This document shows, piece by piece, positions 1-9,070 of a stretch of 64,000 nt of DNA; positions within the stretch are counted from its first letter, which is position 1, and every line of letters starts with the position of its first letter. The DNA is from Parcubacteria group bacterium (GTDB taxonomy: Bacteria > Patescibacteriota > Patescibacteriia > UBA9934 > GWF2-40-263). A program made the translations under genes and the position numbers. The notes under the pieces are model-generated. The model saw only the letters and a program-made list of their open reading frames with translations, was not told the DNA's origin and made no database searches. Where the stretch lies: contig JABMNZ010000008.1 in assembly GCA_013204395.1 (NCBI GenBank), positions 15,014-79,013 on the forward strand, in the 5' to 3' direction.

Positions 1-500
1 CGTGCGAACACGGAGATGAGAGATCCTCCAAAGCCCAGACCGATGAGAGCGTTAATGTCGCCAGTCAATCCGTAGAAGCCAGCAACACCTAAGATGGCGA
101 GGCCAACAACGAAAAGTCCTGTGACAGCTCCACCACGAACAGCAACGTCCATGGCTTCAGATAGTCCAGTCTTTGCAGCTTCAGTGGTACGCACATTTGC
201 ACGCACACTTACGCTCATGCCGATGTAACCAGCGAGACTAGAGAGGATTGCCCCTACAGCGAAACCAAATGCGAGGCTCCAGCCAAGGACAACACCTAGA
301 ATAAAAAACATGATCACACCAATGGCTGCGATCACCTTATATTGTCTCGCCATGTAGGCGGACGCTCCTTCTTGAATCGCTAAAGCGATCCCCTTCATTT
401 TACCTTCTCCTGCTGGGCGTGCGAGAATCCACTTAATCAAGAGGCCTCCATAAAGGAGAGCTAAGATTCCTGCACCGATGGCGTATTGTATAATGGTCAT
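1..500 (-). CDS. hppA: Membrane-bound H+/Na+-translocating pyrophosphatase, N-terminal part (runs off window start)
   Basis: Manual translation from ATG 500: MTIIQYAIGAGILALLYGG...IQEGASAYMARQYK...AGYIGMSVSVRANVRTTEAA...GLGFGGSLISVFAR, typical of mPPases. Confidence 0.9.
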   Translation of the reverse strand, partial: MTIIQYAIGAGILALLYGGLLIKWILARPAGEGKMKGIALAIQEGASAYMARQYKVIAAIGVIMFFILGVVLGWSLAFGFAVGAILSSLAGYIGMSVSVRANVRTTEAAKTGLSEAMDVAVRGGAVTGLFVVGLAILGVAGFYGLTGDINALIGLGFGGSLISVFA

Positions 501-575
501 ACGTACTCGATGGCAAATGCGAATTATAATTATTTAAGGGAAATACGGTCGTAATTCTAGGAAAATAGAGCACTT

Positions 576-1193
576 ATGTCAATCAGTAATACCCCCACTT
601 TCAAAATCGAACGAGAGTTGCGTGAGCAAGGATATAAATGGATTGTTGGAGTAGACGAGGCTGGGTGCGGTGCATTGGCCGGGCCAGTGGTTGCAGGAGC
701 TGTCATATTCCCTTTAGATTCAGACCTGGAAGGCATTAAAGATAGTAAACTTCTTAGTGAGAAGGCTCGTGAAGATCTTTATGAAGAAGTTACGGAGAGA
801 GCTGTGTCATGGGCATCGGGTCAGGCAAGTGTTGAGGAAATTGAAGAGATTGGAATCAGACCCGCGACGTATCTGGCCATGATGCGTGCAATAGAGGCCA
901 TAGAACAGGTAGACTATGTCTTAGTAGATGCGTGGACTTTACCAAACATGAAATTACCCCAGCGTGGAATCATTAAGGGGGACAGAACCGTGAAGTCGAT
1001 TGCCGCCGGTTCCATTATTGCAAAGGTGACACGTGACAGACAGATGCGTGAGCATGCACAGACATATCCAGCTTATGGATTTGAGGTGCATAAGGGGTAT
1101 GGGACCGCTGTTCATCGCCAAGCCATCAAAGACCACGGGCCATGTGGAATCCACAGGCTCTCTTATAAAACATTTCACCCAACATTAGTATGA
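576..1193 (+). CDS. rnhB: Ribonuclease HII
   Basis: GVDEAGCGALAGPV, IKDSKLL, IAAGSIIAKVTRD, HKGYGT motifs. Confidence 0.95.
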   Translation: MSISNTPTFKIERELREQGYKWIVGVDEAGCGALAGPVVAGAVIFPLDSDLEGIKDSKLLSEKAREDLYEEVTERAVSWASGQASVEEIEEIGIRPATYLAMMRAIEAIEQVDYVLVDAWTLPNMKLPQRGIIKGDRTVKSIAAGSIIAKVTRDRQMREHAQTYPAYGFEVHKGYGTAVHRQAIKDHGPCGIHRLSYKTFHPTLV

Positions 1194-1558
1194 GTGACAA
1201 ACCAGAGAATGTACGGCCATGGGGACGTTATGACATTCTAGATGTTCAAGTAGATCATCAGGTTAAACGAATCGAAGTGTTGCCATCGGGACGTTTATCG
1301 TATCAGCGTCATCAGCGCCGTGAAGAATTTTGGATCGTTATCTCTGGTCGAGCACTTCTAACTCTCGATGATGTGGATACCAAGCACGGCCCCGGAGAGG
1401 TGATGTTGATTCCTTTGGGATCAAAGCATCGAGTTGCATGTGTGGGTAATGAGAAACTTGTGTTTATTGAAGTGCAACGTGGGGACTACTTTGGTGAGGA
1501 TGACATTGAACGTTTTTCAGATGATTACGGTCGTGAGGGAACCACATCTGCACATTGA
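1190..1558 (+). CDS. Mannose-6-phosphate isomerase type II C-terminal-like cupin
   Basis: RPWGRY, LSYQRHQRREEFW, FIEVQRGDYFGEDDIERFSDDYGR. Confidence 0.85.
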   Translation: MSDKPENVRPWGRYDILDVQVDHQVKRIEVLPSGRLSYQRHQRREEFWIVISGRALLTLDDVDTKHGPGEVMLIPLGSKHRVACVGNEKLVFIEVQRGDYFGEDDIERFSDDYGREGTTSAH

Positions 1559-1583
1559 CATAAGGGGTTAAATCGACTACACT
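1555..1583 (+). promoter_or_regulatory. Sigma70-type promoter of the LysM/M23 gene
   Basis: TTGACA-17 nt-TACACT. Confidence 0.6.
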
Positions 1584-1665
1584 TCTCGCTGCAAATTAAG
1601 CGATTTCTATCAATCTCAGGATTAAACAAATCATCGTTCAATCGGCTCTGGGCGTTCTACGCTCA

Positions 1666-2925
1666 TTGGTTTTTGTAAAACAACGCGGGGGTCCTTTGTT
1701 GAGTAAAATGGCCATGCCTCTTAAGGGGGTTGGTCTTTTTTTGACCAAGATTATCGGTGTGCCGATTTATCGTTTGGTATTGCTGTCACGAAGATACATG
1801 GCAAAGGTCATGGGTCCTGCAAAACATCGTGTAGCTTTCTTTATCTCGAATCGATATACCGTTCACGTGATGATGGGGGTGATTGTGGCCAGTGTGGTGT
1901 TTGTGAACCTAACGGCAAGAGATGTCCGTGCAGAAGACTTTGGTCAACAGAGTCTACTGTACGAGTTGGTGGCACAAGACGACAGTTATATTTTGGAGGT
2001 GGTAGAGGCTGGTAGTTCTGTTGTGTCACTTGGAACCAGTTCTTCTTATATGTCAGATACGATTGTGAACGCCAGACGTCATATCGATTTCAATTATCTC
2101 GAAGAGTCTTATGTGACGTCTAAGGTTGGTGAAGATGTTTCTGAGCCTGCACGAGATATCCCAGAGCGCGGTAGTATCGAGACTTATGTGATTGAATCTG
2201 GCGATACTCTTGGTGGGATCGCGGAGAAGTTTGGTTTATCTTTGTCGACGATCTTGTGGGCCAATGGTCTTTCTTATAACAGCACCATTCAACCAGGAGA
2301 TGATTTGAAAATTCTACCGCGTGACGGTGTGCTCTACACCGTCCGTAGCGGAGACACACTTTCCCGAATCGCAAGTCAGTACAGTGTCGACACAGATGTG
2401 ATCATGGCAAACAATGGCATGAGCAGCGCGAATAAGTTATCTATAGGTGATGAACTATTGTTGCCGGGGGGAGAACCTCCGTCTCCTGTAAGAACGGCGC
2501 GATCTAGTGCTTCTCTCTCAAGCTTGTTTACAGCCCCATCAAGTTCTGGGTCAACATCAGCCGCTGTTGGTGGATGGGTGTGGCCAACAGACTGGCGTGT
2601 GATTACTCAATACTATGGCTGGCGTCACACCGGACTAGATATTGATGGTGACTACTCTACCTATAGTTATGCAGCCCGTGGCGGTGTGGTGATCTACTCT
2701 GGCTGGCGCAGTGGATATGGATATACTGTAGAAATTGATCATGGAGATGGTTTTGTCACTAGATATGCTCATCATTCTAAGATTTTTGTGTCAGTGGGAG
2801 AGACTGTTTCCATTGGACAAGCTCTTGCCCAAACTGGAACGACTGGTCGCTCTACCGGAACCCATCTGCACTTTGAGATCATCAGAAACGGAAAGTTCCA
2901 AAACCCGCTTGATTACATTAGATAA
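1666..2925 (+). CDS. LysM-domain M23 family peptidase (start uncertain)
   Basis: Two LysM repeats (YVIESGDTL, YTVRSGDTL); HTGLD and STGTHLHFE M23 motifs; N-terminal TM. Confidence 0.9.
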   Translation: MVFVKQRGGPLLSKMAMPLKGVGLFLTKIIGVPIYRLVLLSRRYMAKVMGPAKHRVAFFISNRYTVHVMMGVIVASVVFVNLTARDVRAEDFGQQSLLYELVAQDDSYILEVVEAGSSVVSLGTSSSYMSDTIVNARRHIDFNYLEESYVTSKVGEDVSEPARDIPERGSIETYVIESGDTLGGIAEKFGLSLSTILWANGLSYNSTIQPGDDLKILPRDGVLYTVRSGDTLSRIASQYSVDTDVIMANNGMSSANKLSIGDELLLPGGEPPSPVRTARSSASLSSLFTAPSSSGSTSAAVGGWVWPTDWRVITQYYGWRHTGLDIDGDYSTYSYAARGGVVIYSGWRSGYGYTVEIDHGDGFVTRYAHHSKIFVSVGETVSIGQALAQTGTTGRSTGTHLHFEIIRNGKFQNPLDYIR

Positions 2926-2968
2926 TAAACAGGGCCATAAGGGCCCTGTTTTGATATACTGCAATGGT

Positions 2969-3352
2969 ATGAATAAAATATGTACATCCTGTAAGAAAGA
3001 AGTTGATACATTGAATGAGCACTGTAAGGGGTGTGGCTTTACTCTTGTGCTAGAACCAGATGAGAAATTGAAGGTTCGTTATTTGCGCGGTCCGGCACTG
3101 GGAGCCCTTTTGTTTACTCAAGGATGGACATTTGGGGCACGAACCTATTTGTGGTTTCTCATTTCACTCATACCTGTTTTTGGAATAATCGCATTGTTTG
3201 CTTGTTTATTGTTTGGTAGGCGTTGGAGTTGGGAGCATGGTGGATGGTCGAGTTGGGAAGAGTTCCAAGAGCGAATGAAGTTGATGGATGGCATTGGTGT
3301 GGCATGGGTTGCACTTCTGCTTGGAATCTATCTATACTTCCGGCTGTTATGA
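2969..3352 (+). CDS. Small membrane protein with N-terminal zinc ribbon
   Basis: CTSC...CKGC then hydrophobic helices; ATG 2969 shortly after TATACT. Confidence 0.65.
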   Translation: MNKICTSCKKEVDTLNEHCKGCGFTLVLEPDEKLKVRYLRGPALGALLFTQGWTFGARTYLWFLISLIPVFGIIALFACLLFGRRWSWEHGGWSSWEEFQERMKLMDGIGVAWVALLLGIYLYFRLL

Positions 3353-4014
3353 AACATTTAGCGATAATCATGGATGGCAATAGGCGTTGGGCAAAAAACA
3401 AAGGATTGCCAACACTTGAGGGGCATCGCCGTGGATATGACAATGTAAAGACGATAGGACTAGCCGCGCTTGAGCGCGGTGTTGAGTTTTTTACGGTTTA
3501 CGCCTTTTCCATCGAGAACTGGAAGCGGAGTGAGGAAGAGGTTGGGTACCTCATGGACCTGCTTTTGAGAGCGCTTACAAAAGATTTAAGTTTCTTTATC
3601 GAACATGATGTTCGGCTTAAAGTGATTGGTCGTCGGGAGGGGTTGAGTGAGAAGATCGTTACAGCCATCGATGACGCTGAACAGAAAACGTCACATGGAA
3701 AAGCTGGGCAGATTAATTTGTGTGTGAACTATGGGGGGCGTGCTGAGATTATTGATGGAGTTAAGAAAGTTATTGAAAATGGTCAGGAGGTTACTGAGGA
3801 AAATGTAAGTAGTGCCATCTGGGGCAGTGACATGCCAGAGCCTGACATGATTGTTAGGACGTCGGGTGAAAAAAGATTGTCTGGGTTTTTGACTTGGACG
3901 GGGGTTTATAGTGAGTTGAAGTTTATTGATACATTATGGCCGGACTTTTCTGTAGCGGAACTTGAAGAGTGTATTGGGGATTTTGGGAGGCGGCAGAGGA
4001 GGTTTGGAAAATAG
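3349..4014 (+). CDS. uppS: Undecaprenyl diphosphate synthase
   Basis: HLAIIMDGNRRWA, YAFSIENWKRS, NYGGR, RTSGEKRLSGFL. Confidence 0.95.
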   Translation: MKHLAIIMDGNRRWAKNKGLPTLEGHRRGYDNVKTIGLAALERGVEFFTVYAFSIENWKRSEEEVGYLMDLLLRALTKDLSFFIEHDVRLKVIGRREGLSEKIVTAIDDAEQKTSHGKAGQINLCVNYGGRAEIIDGVKKVIENGQEVTEENVSSAIWGSDMPEPDMIVRTSGEKRLSGFLTWTGVYSELKFIDTLWPDFSVAELEECIGDFGRRQRRFGK

Positions 4015-4027
4015 AAACTATAATATT

Positions 4028-4046
4028 CCCTGAGCTTGTCGAAGGG
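4028..4046. repeat. REP-like short palindromic repeat
   Basis: CCCTGAGCTTGTCGAAGGG, a motif I recognise from REP-like repeats, just after the uppS stop. Confidence 0.5.
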
Positions 4047-4278
4047 GTATCTGACAGGCTGGTTTAGTTGATGATGGGGCGAGCTGATCACCGAGACAAA
4101 CTTGCGAGATCGGACGCATGTAGGCCGACTCGAAGTTGTCACGGTGCTCACTCGCCGTGGTTACCAATTGGTGGGTGGGGGGGATTAAAAAACAAGGTCC
4201 ATCGAGGACCTTGTTTTTTTTGGTAAGAAAAAAGCCCGCTGCGAATTGCAGGGGCGGAGTGAACCGCGTGGGTTCAGC

Positions 4279-4773
4279 TCAGTTGCGGCAGGTGACCAGG
4301 GAGCAGCCTTCGCCGCCGGGGTCGGACCAGAGCCAGACGTCCAGTTCCTCTCCGAGCCAGTTGGCACCGGACTCAGCGATGGTGTCGGCGCTGGCGCCGT
4401 TGCCTTCGCACAGGTCGCGACCGGAGTCGTAGTTGACGTTCCAACGCACGCACTGGACGTTGGAGACCACGACGGTGTAGCCCCTGTCGTCCAGGATGTC
4501 CTGGAGGTCGCTCAGATCAGCTTGGAAGAGGACTTCTCCCTCGAAGGACTCCTCGTCAACGATGTGCCAGCCCAGGAGGCCGACATCGGACTCGCGCTCG
4601 GCGAACTCCATGGTGAGGAGGGCTGAATCGGTCAGGGCGTCTGCCCAGACCTCGAAGGTGTCGCTGTCGCCGTTGGGGGCGGGGGTGTCGGGGTCACCAT
4701 CGGACGTGCCGACCAGGTCGGGCGCGCAGGCGGTGAGGGTGAGGCCCATCAGGGCCAGGAGCATGTGTCGCAT
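4279..4773 (-). CDS. Orphan lipoprotein-like protein, GC-rich
   Basis: Lipobox LTAC, upstream GGAGGAGG, hairpin plus T-run downstream. Confidence 0.7.
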   Translation of the reverse strand: MRHMLLALMGLTLTACAPDLVGTSDGDPDTPAPNGDSDTFEVWADALTDSALLTMEFAERESDVGLLGWHIVDEESFEGEVLFQADLSDLQDILDDRGYTVVVSNVQCVRWNVNYDSGRDLCEGNGASADTIAESGANWLGEELDVWLWSDPGGEGCSLVTCRN

Positions 4774-4849
4774 TGGGCGTAAGCCTCCTCCAGCATTTGT
4801 TTCGGGTGCTGGCTAGGCAGATTATCACCGTGACGGGCAATGTCAAGGA

Positions 4850-6364
4850 TTATAGCTCTATGGCGTCCTGTCCTCGGTATTGAAGCGCCTCAGCCAAATG
4901 TTCGACCTCAATGTCAGGTTTTCCCTCAAGATCTGCAATCGTGCGGGCAACTTTTCGGACACGCGTGTAGCCTCGTGCGGATAATTTATTGGTCCGCAAC
5001 GCTTGTTCCAAAAGAGACTTTCCATCAGGGGAAAGTTTGCAGAGTTCGTCTAACTGTCTGGTTGAGATCTCGTTGTTCGTTGAGGCTCGCTCCCCCATTC
5101 TTTTGCGCTGAACCATTCTGGCATTGTTTACACGTCTGCGAATGATCTCAGAACATTCAGGAAGATCCTCGGACAAAAGTTTTTCATGTTTAACAGCTGG
5201 AACTTCGATGACGATGTCGAATCGATCTAGTAATGGTCCTGAGATACGTTTTTGATATTTAATCACCTGGTCAAGTCGGCAGGTGCAGTGACGATTTGGG
5301 TTTGAAAAATGTCCGCACGGGCATGGGTTCATGGCAGCAGCTAATAGAAAGCGTGCTGGAAATTGCACAGAACCTGCTGCTCGTGAGACTGTCACATGTC
5401 CATCTTCAAGAGGTTGTCTGAGATGTTCAAGGGCGTAGCGAGAGAATTCTGGGAGCTCATCTAAAAATAAAACACCTCTATGTGCCAGTGAGACTTCGCC
5501 AGGCTTTGGCCACGCACCACCTCCGACGAGGGCGACAGCTGAAGCACTGTGGTGTGGCGTTCGAAAAGGTCGGGCTTGGATTAGGCCAATGTCTGGGAGA
5601 GAAATGCCGGCTATGGAGGCTATGGAAGTTACTTCCAGCGATTCTTCATATGACAGGTCTGGAAGAATTGATGGTAGAGATCTTGCAAGGAGTGTTTTAC
5701 CAGCGCCTGGAGGACCCTTTAAAAGAATATTATGAGCTCCAGCTGCGGCGATTTCCAATCCACGTTTTGCACCCTCCTGGCCTTTCACATCTGAGAAGTC
5801 ATATGGGTGTGATGAAACATCCTTTTGTTTTATTGTAGACGCTGGTTTGATTAGTTCAACACCCAGAAGATGATCAACAACTGTGCGGATGGAGTCTACC
5901 CCGTAGACCGTAAGACCACGCAGGGCACTAGCTTCTGCAACATTTTGTTCTGGAACAAAGAGAGTTTTCCTACCTGTTCTATGTGTCATTAGGGCTGTGG
6001 TGAGCGATCCCCTTACTGGTCGAATTGATCCATCAAGAGCTAATTCACCTATAAAGACAGAGGATTCAATACTTGGACGTGGGATGACACCCATGGCTAA
6101 TAGTATCGAGAGAGCAATGGGCAGATCGTAAACAGGTCCTTGCTTTCGAACATCAGCTGGAGCGAGGTTTACCGTCACACGACCACGAGGAAAACGAAAG
6201 CCGGTGTTTCTCATGGCAGCTCGTATTCGGTCCCGAGCTTCTTTGACAGAAGCATCTGGTAAACCAACTACAGAGAACGAGCGTAGCCCCATTGTCACAT
6301 CAGTTTCTACTGTGATTGGAACCGGCTCGATTCCAATGGTCGCACTTGTAATAATATGAAACAT
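4850..6364 (-). CDS. comM: YifB/ComM Mg-chelatase-like AAA+ ATPase
   Basis: VGLPDASVKEARDR, GPPGAGKT, LAHRGVLFLDE, AMNPCPCG, SARGYTRVRKVARTIADL. Confidence 0.93.
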   Translation of the reverse strand: MFHIITSATIGIEPVPITVETDVTMGLRSFSVVGLPDASVKEARDRIRAAMRNTGFRFPRGRVTVNLAPADVRKQGPVYDLPIALSILLAMGVIPRPSIESSVFIGELALDGSIRPVRGSLTTALMTHRTGRKTLFVPEQNVAEASALRGLTVYGVDSIRTVVDHLLGVELIKPASTIKQKDVSSHPYDFSDVKGQEGAKRGLEIAAAGAHNILLKGPPGAGKTLLARSLPSILPDLSYEESLEVTSIASIAGISLPDIGLIQARPFRTPHHSASAVALVGGGAWPKPGEVSLAHRGVLFLDELPEFSRYALEHLRQPLEDGHVTVSRAAGSVQFPARFLLAAAMNPCPCGHFSNPNRHCTCRLDQVIKYQKRISGPLLDRFDIVIEVPAVKHEKLLSEDLPECSEIIRRRVNNARMVQRKRMGERASTNNEISTRQLDELCKLSPDGKSLLEQALRTNKLSARGYTRVRKVARTIADLEGKPDIEVEHLAEALQYRGQDAIEL

Positions 6365-6413
6365 AAAACCCCCAGCAATTACGCAGGGGGTTTATTGATA
6401 TCTTTAGACTAGT

Positions 6414-6899
6414 CTAATTTTCAGCTTCTGTCAATTCTGATTTACGTCTCTGTCTACGTTTCCGTCTGGAATTTAACAACAGCAACACTATTCCTAAAAC
6501 AATAATTACATCCGATAGGTTGATGGCAGATCTTTCAAACCAGATCATGTAGTCAACGGTGTATCCGTAAACAATTCTATCGTAAAGGTTGCCAGCAGCC
6601 CCAAGAACGATCACAAGTGAAGCGAAACTTACCCCAGGTTTTTTGATTCTGTCGTCGTATGCAATTTTTAGAAGCACCGCTCCTATGATGACTGAAAAAG
6701 CGATCACGAACTCCAGTTTAAATGGTATGTCGAACGCAATTCCAATATTTTTATGAATGGCTAACCCAAAGAGTTTTCCACCGACAAGACTTCCATTTTC
6801 AGGAAGTCTTTCAATGGCAAGAATTTTGAACCACTCATCGGCAAGAACGATCAAAGCGATCGGCAATAGGAGCCAAAAAGTTTTCTTTGTATACTTCAC
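6414..6899 (-). CDS. lspA: Lipoprotein signal peptidase II
   Basis: KNIGIAF, GAAGNLYDRI, VDY, NLSD motifs; GTG 6899 overlaps the upstream stop. Confidence 0.85.
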   Translation of the reverse strand: MKYTKKTFWLLLPIALIVLADEWFKILAIERLPENGSLVGGKLFGLAIHKNIGIAFDIPFKLEFVIAFSVIIGAVLLKIAYDDRIKKPGVSFASLVIVLGAAGNLYDRIVYGYTVDYMIWFERSAINLSDVIIVLGIVLLLLNSRRKRRQRRKSELTEAEN

Positions 6900-7270
6900 A
6901 CCTCTTGGGTGAGTGTTTTTTTGCACTGTATGCAGGAGCTAGAAGTTGGACGTGCAATAATCCTTTTTTCATTAATTGGTTGGGAGCAATATTTACATGT
7001 TCCGTACAAGCCTTCCTTAATTCGTTCGAGAGCTGACTCCACGTCTCTTAGGGCTTTTTCAAGTTCGTCCTCAAGAGAAAGATTGTTTGAAAATTGTGCG
7101 ACTTCAGATGCATTTTCATCGTCCTTGTCACCAAGATTTGGGAAATCTACCTCAAAATCAGTTTCCGTTGATTTTGTATTTCTGTGTGAGAAGCTACCCA
7201 ATTCCTTTTCAAGACGAGTTTTTTCACCCAAAAGATACTCTTTCATTTTTGCCTCAAATTCAGTGCTCAT
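6896..7270 (-). CDS. TraR/DksA family C4 zinc-finger protein
   Basis: ALERIKEGLYGTCKYC...RIIARPTSSSCIQC. Confidence 0.9.
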   Translation of the reverse strand: MSTEFEAKMKEYLLGEKTRLEKELGSFSHRNTKSTETDFEVDFPNLGDKDDENASEVAQFSNNLSLEDELEKALRDVESALERIKEGLYGTCKYCSQPINEKRIIARPTSSSCIQCKKTLTQEV

Positions 7271-7324
7271 ACATTTTTTCTTTTAAAACATTACTGAAAT
7301 CGTATCACCATTTTTTAAAAATAA

Positions 7325-7708
7325 GAAGAGGGCCATTGTACCCGCGATCAAGAAGATTGAATCGGATTGGCCCTCACGTGTAGAGCCGGATAAAGAAGTT
7401 GGCCTAACTAGGCGTTGGGTTCTATGACAGGGGTCTGTCACACAACTCAACGCCCTTAAGACACGGACTTATTCCGGCAAGATGTTACTCTCCGCTTTAC
7501 CATTCATTGGTTTTACTCGCGAACGATCCTAAGACCGTCATAGTGCAAGCTAACCTAGAATTTTGATTTTGTTTTTGTTTCACTGCTTTCTGAACAGTAA
7601 AGTCGGTAAGACGTTTCCCTAAAGCACACGGGCGTGGGGCACCCGTCGACAAGCTGTCAACGCGATTTCGGGAAACCTCCCAAGAGTTGGTGTAAAAGAA
7701 CGACTTAC
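7325..7708 (-). ncRNA. Candidate structured non-coding RNA, family unassigned
   Basis: Upstream TTGACC-17-TATCAT; several long stems; final GGGCCA/TGGCCC hairpin followed by a T-rich tail; no convincing ORF. Confidence 0.5.
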
Positions 7709-7714
7709 AAATAC

Positions 7715-7743
7715 ATGATACCAAAAAAAAGACCTTTGGTCAA
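7715..7743 (-). promoter_or_regulatory. Sigma70-type promoter for the candidate ncRNA
   Basis: TTGACC (7743-7738), 17 nt, TATCAT (7720-7715). Confidence 0.65.
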
Positions 7744-7826
7744 TCGTGAAAGTTTAACTAATTTTAGGTACAAACGCGTATGAGTGGATACATTATGTGT
7801 TCGGTGCTTTCCTCCTCACTTAAAAG

Positions 7827-7866
7827 TTATCCACAGAAAAGGCGACATATAAAGAGTTTATCCACA
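7827..7866 (+). promoter_or_regulatory. Two perfect DnaA boxes
   Basis: TTATCCACA at 7827-7835 and 7858-7866. Confidence 0.55.
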
Positions 7867-9069
7867 GTCTTCGGTTGAAAGAGTGATTACATTTGAATAC
7901 TTATTCTTCTCAAGCGTAATGACTGAAAAACGATTGAAAATAGAGATCAAAGCAAGTCTTGGGTCGTAGAAATCAACGTTCATACTTTCAAAGATGAGAT
8001 CTGGACTAACAACGAAAGAAGCTCCGGCGCAGTACCCAGACACGTCATCAGTAGATTGTAGGTAGGACTCAAGAAGAGATTCACTCGTTGAAATAATGGC
8101 TTGGCTGTTGTCTAAGAGCCCAAAAAGTCCATCTGCTCGGAACACTCTGTTTCCTGAGATGCTTATTTCCTCCACTGTGACCATCGATGGTTCAATCTGA
8201 AGTTCTTCGTATATGCTTCCGTCGATCATTGTTCGTGAGAAAGTCGATGGGTTATTTGCAGCACTAATTCGTTGGATCTGCTTAATAAGTGCATTTTCAT
8301 CAATTGCCCCTTTGTTGAGGGTAATAAGAACACCATCTGTCTTAACGATTATTTCCCGTATCTCAGTAATATACGGGAAAAAGTCGGAGAATATTTCTGG
8401 AATTTCTATCTGATTCTGTTCTATTAAAGCGTGAGCAATAGAGCCTGTTTTTAAGAGGACCTCTTGTTTTTGTTGTTTTTCAGTTTCAAATTCGATTTTA
8501 ACATCGTTGTTTGCAATGAGGATATTTCCATGGCCATATCCTTCAATCCATAAACTCCCCAACCAGATTCTTGAAAATGATGGGAAAAATGATCTTCTAT
8601 GTGGCGCATCTACACCACTGATAGGTGCGAGAGTCTCAGAAAGTAGTATATATTGTCCTACTTTTTGTGTTGTAACACCAAGACTCTTGAAAAAACCTGG
8701 CTCAAGATCTTCTTCATTAGATCGGATTGCTACAGACCGGTGTCCGTCGTCTGTAAAAAATACAGCAAATTCACCCATGGTGAGACTAAGAATATCATCA
8801 GACTCAAGGCTTCGATTTGAAATAAGCGGAACGGAACTCAATAACTTATCAATATCCTCCATTGTTGAGTCATTTATCTGCAGATAGATGGCCGCCACCG
8901 TTCCATCAGGAGCGGCTGAGAATATAGAGACTCTACTCATCCAAACTGCAGATCCCCTCCACACAAGAACAGAAGCTATTACCCAAAACAACACCGAGAT
9001 CCAAACAACCCGTCGGCTATGACGGGTTGTTTTTCGGTGTTTTGATAGTGGAATATTGAGCCGTTGCAT
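7858..9069 (-). CDS. Hypothetical membrane-anchored protein
   Basis: ATG 9069 directly follows the pnp stop; basic N-terminus then one TM helix. Confidence 0.75.
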   Translation of the reverse strand: MQRLNIPLSKHRKTTRHSRRVVWISVLFWVIASVLVWRGSAVWMSRVSIFSAAPDGTVAAIYLQINDSTMEDIDKLLSSVPLISNRSLESDDILSLTMGEFAVFFTDDGHRSVAIRSNEEDLEPGFFKSLGVTTQKVGQYILLSETLAPISGVDAPHRRSFFPSFSRIWLGSLWIEGYGHGNILIANNDVKIEFETEKQQKQEVLLKTGSIAHALIEQNQIEIPEIFSDFFPYITEIREIIVKTDGVLITLNKGAIDENALIKQIQRISAANNPSTFSRTMIDGSIYEELQIEPSMVTVEEISISGNRVFRADGLFGLLDNSQAIISTSESLLESYLQSTDDVSGYCAGASFVVSPDLIFESMNVDFYDPRLALISIFNRFSVITLEKNKYSNVITLSTEDCG

Positions 9070-9070
9070 T

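Noticed and set aside
7325-7708. Assignment as RNase P RNA, tmRNA, SRP RNA or T-box
   Set aside because: No GAGGAAAGTCC/P4 pair, tRNA-like ends, SRP loop or T-box consensus found by eye; left unassigned
7497-7724. 75-aa ORF from the track
   Set aside because: Its start lies within the predicted promoter and it overlaps strong stems; probably spurious
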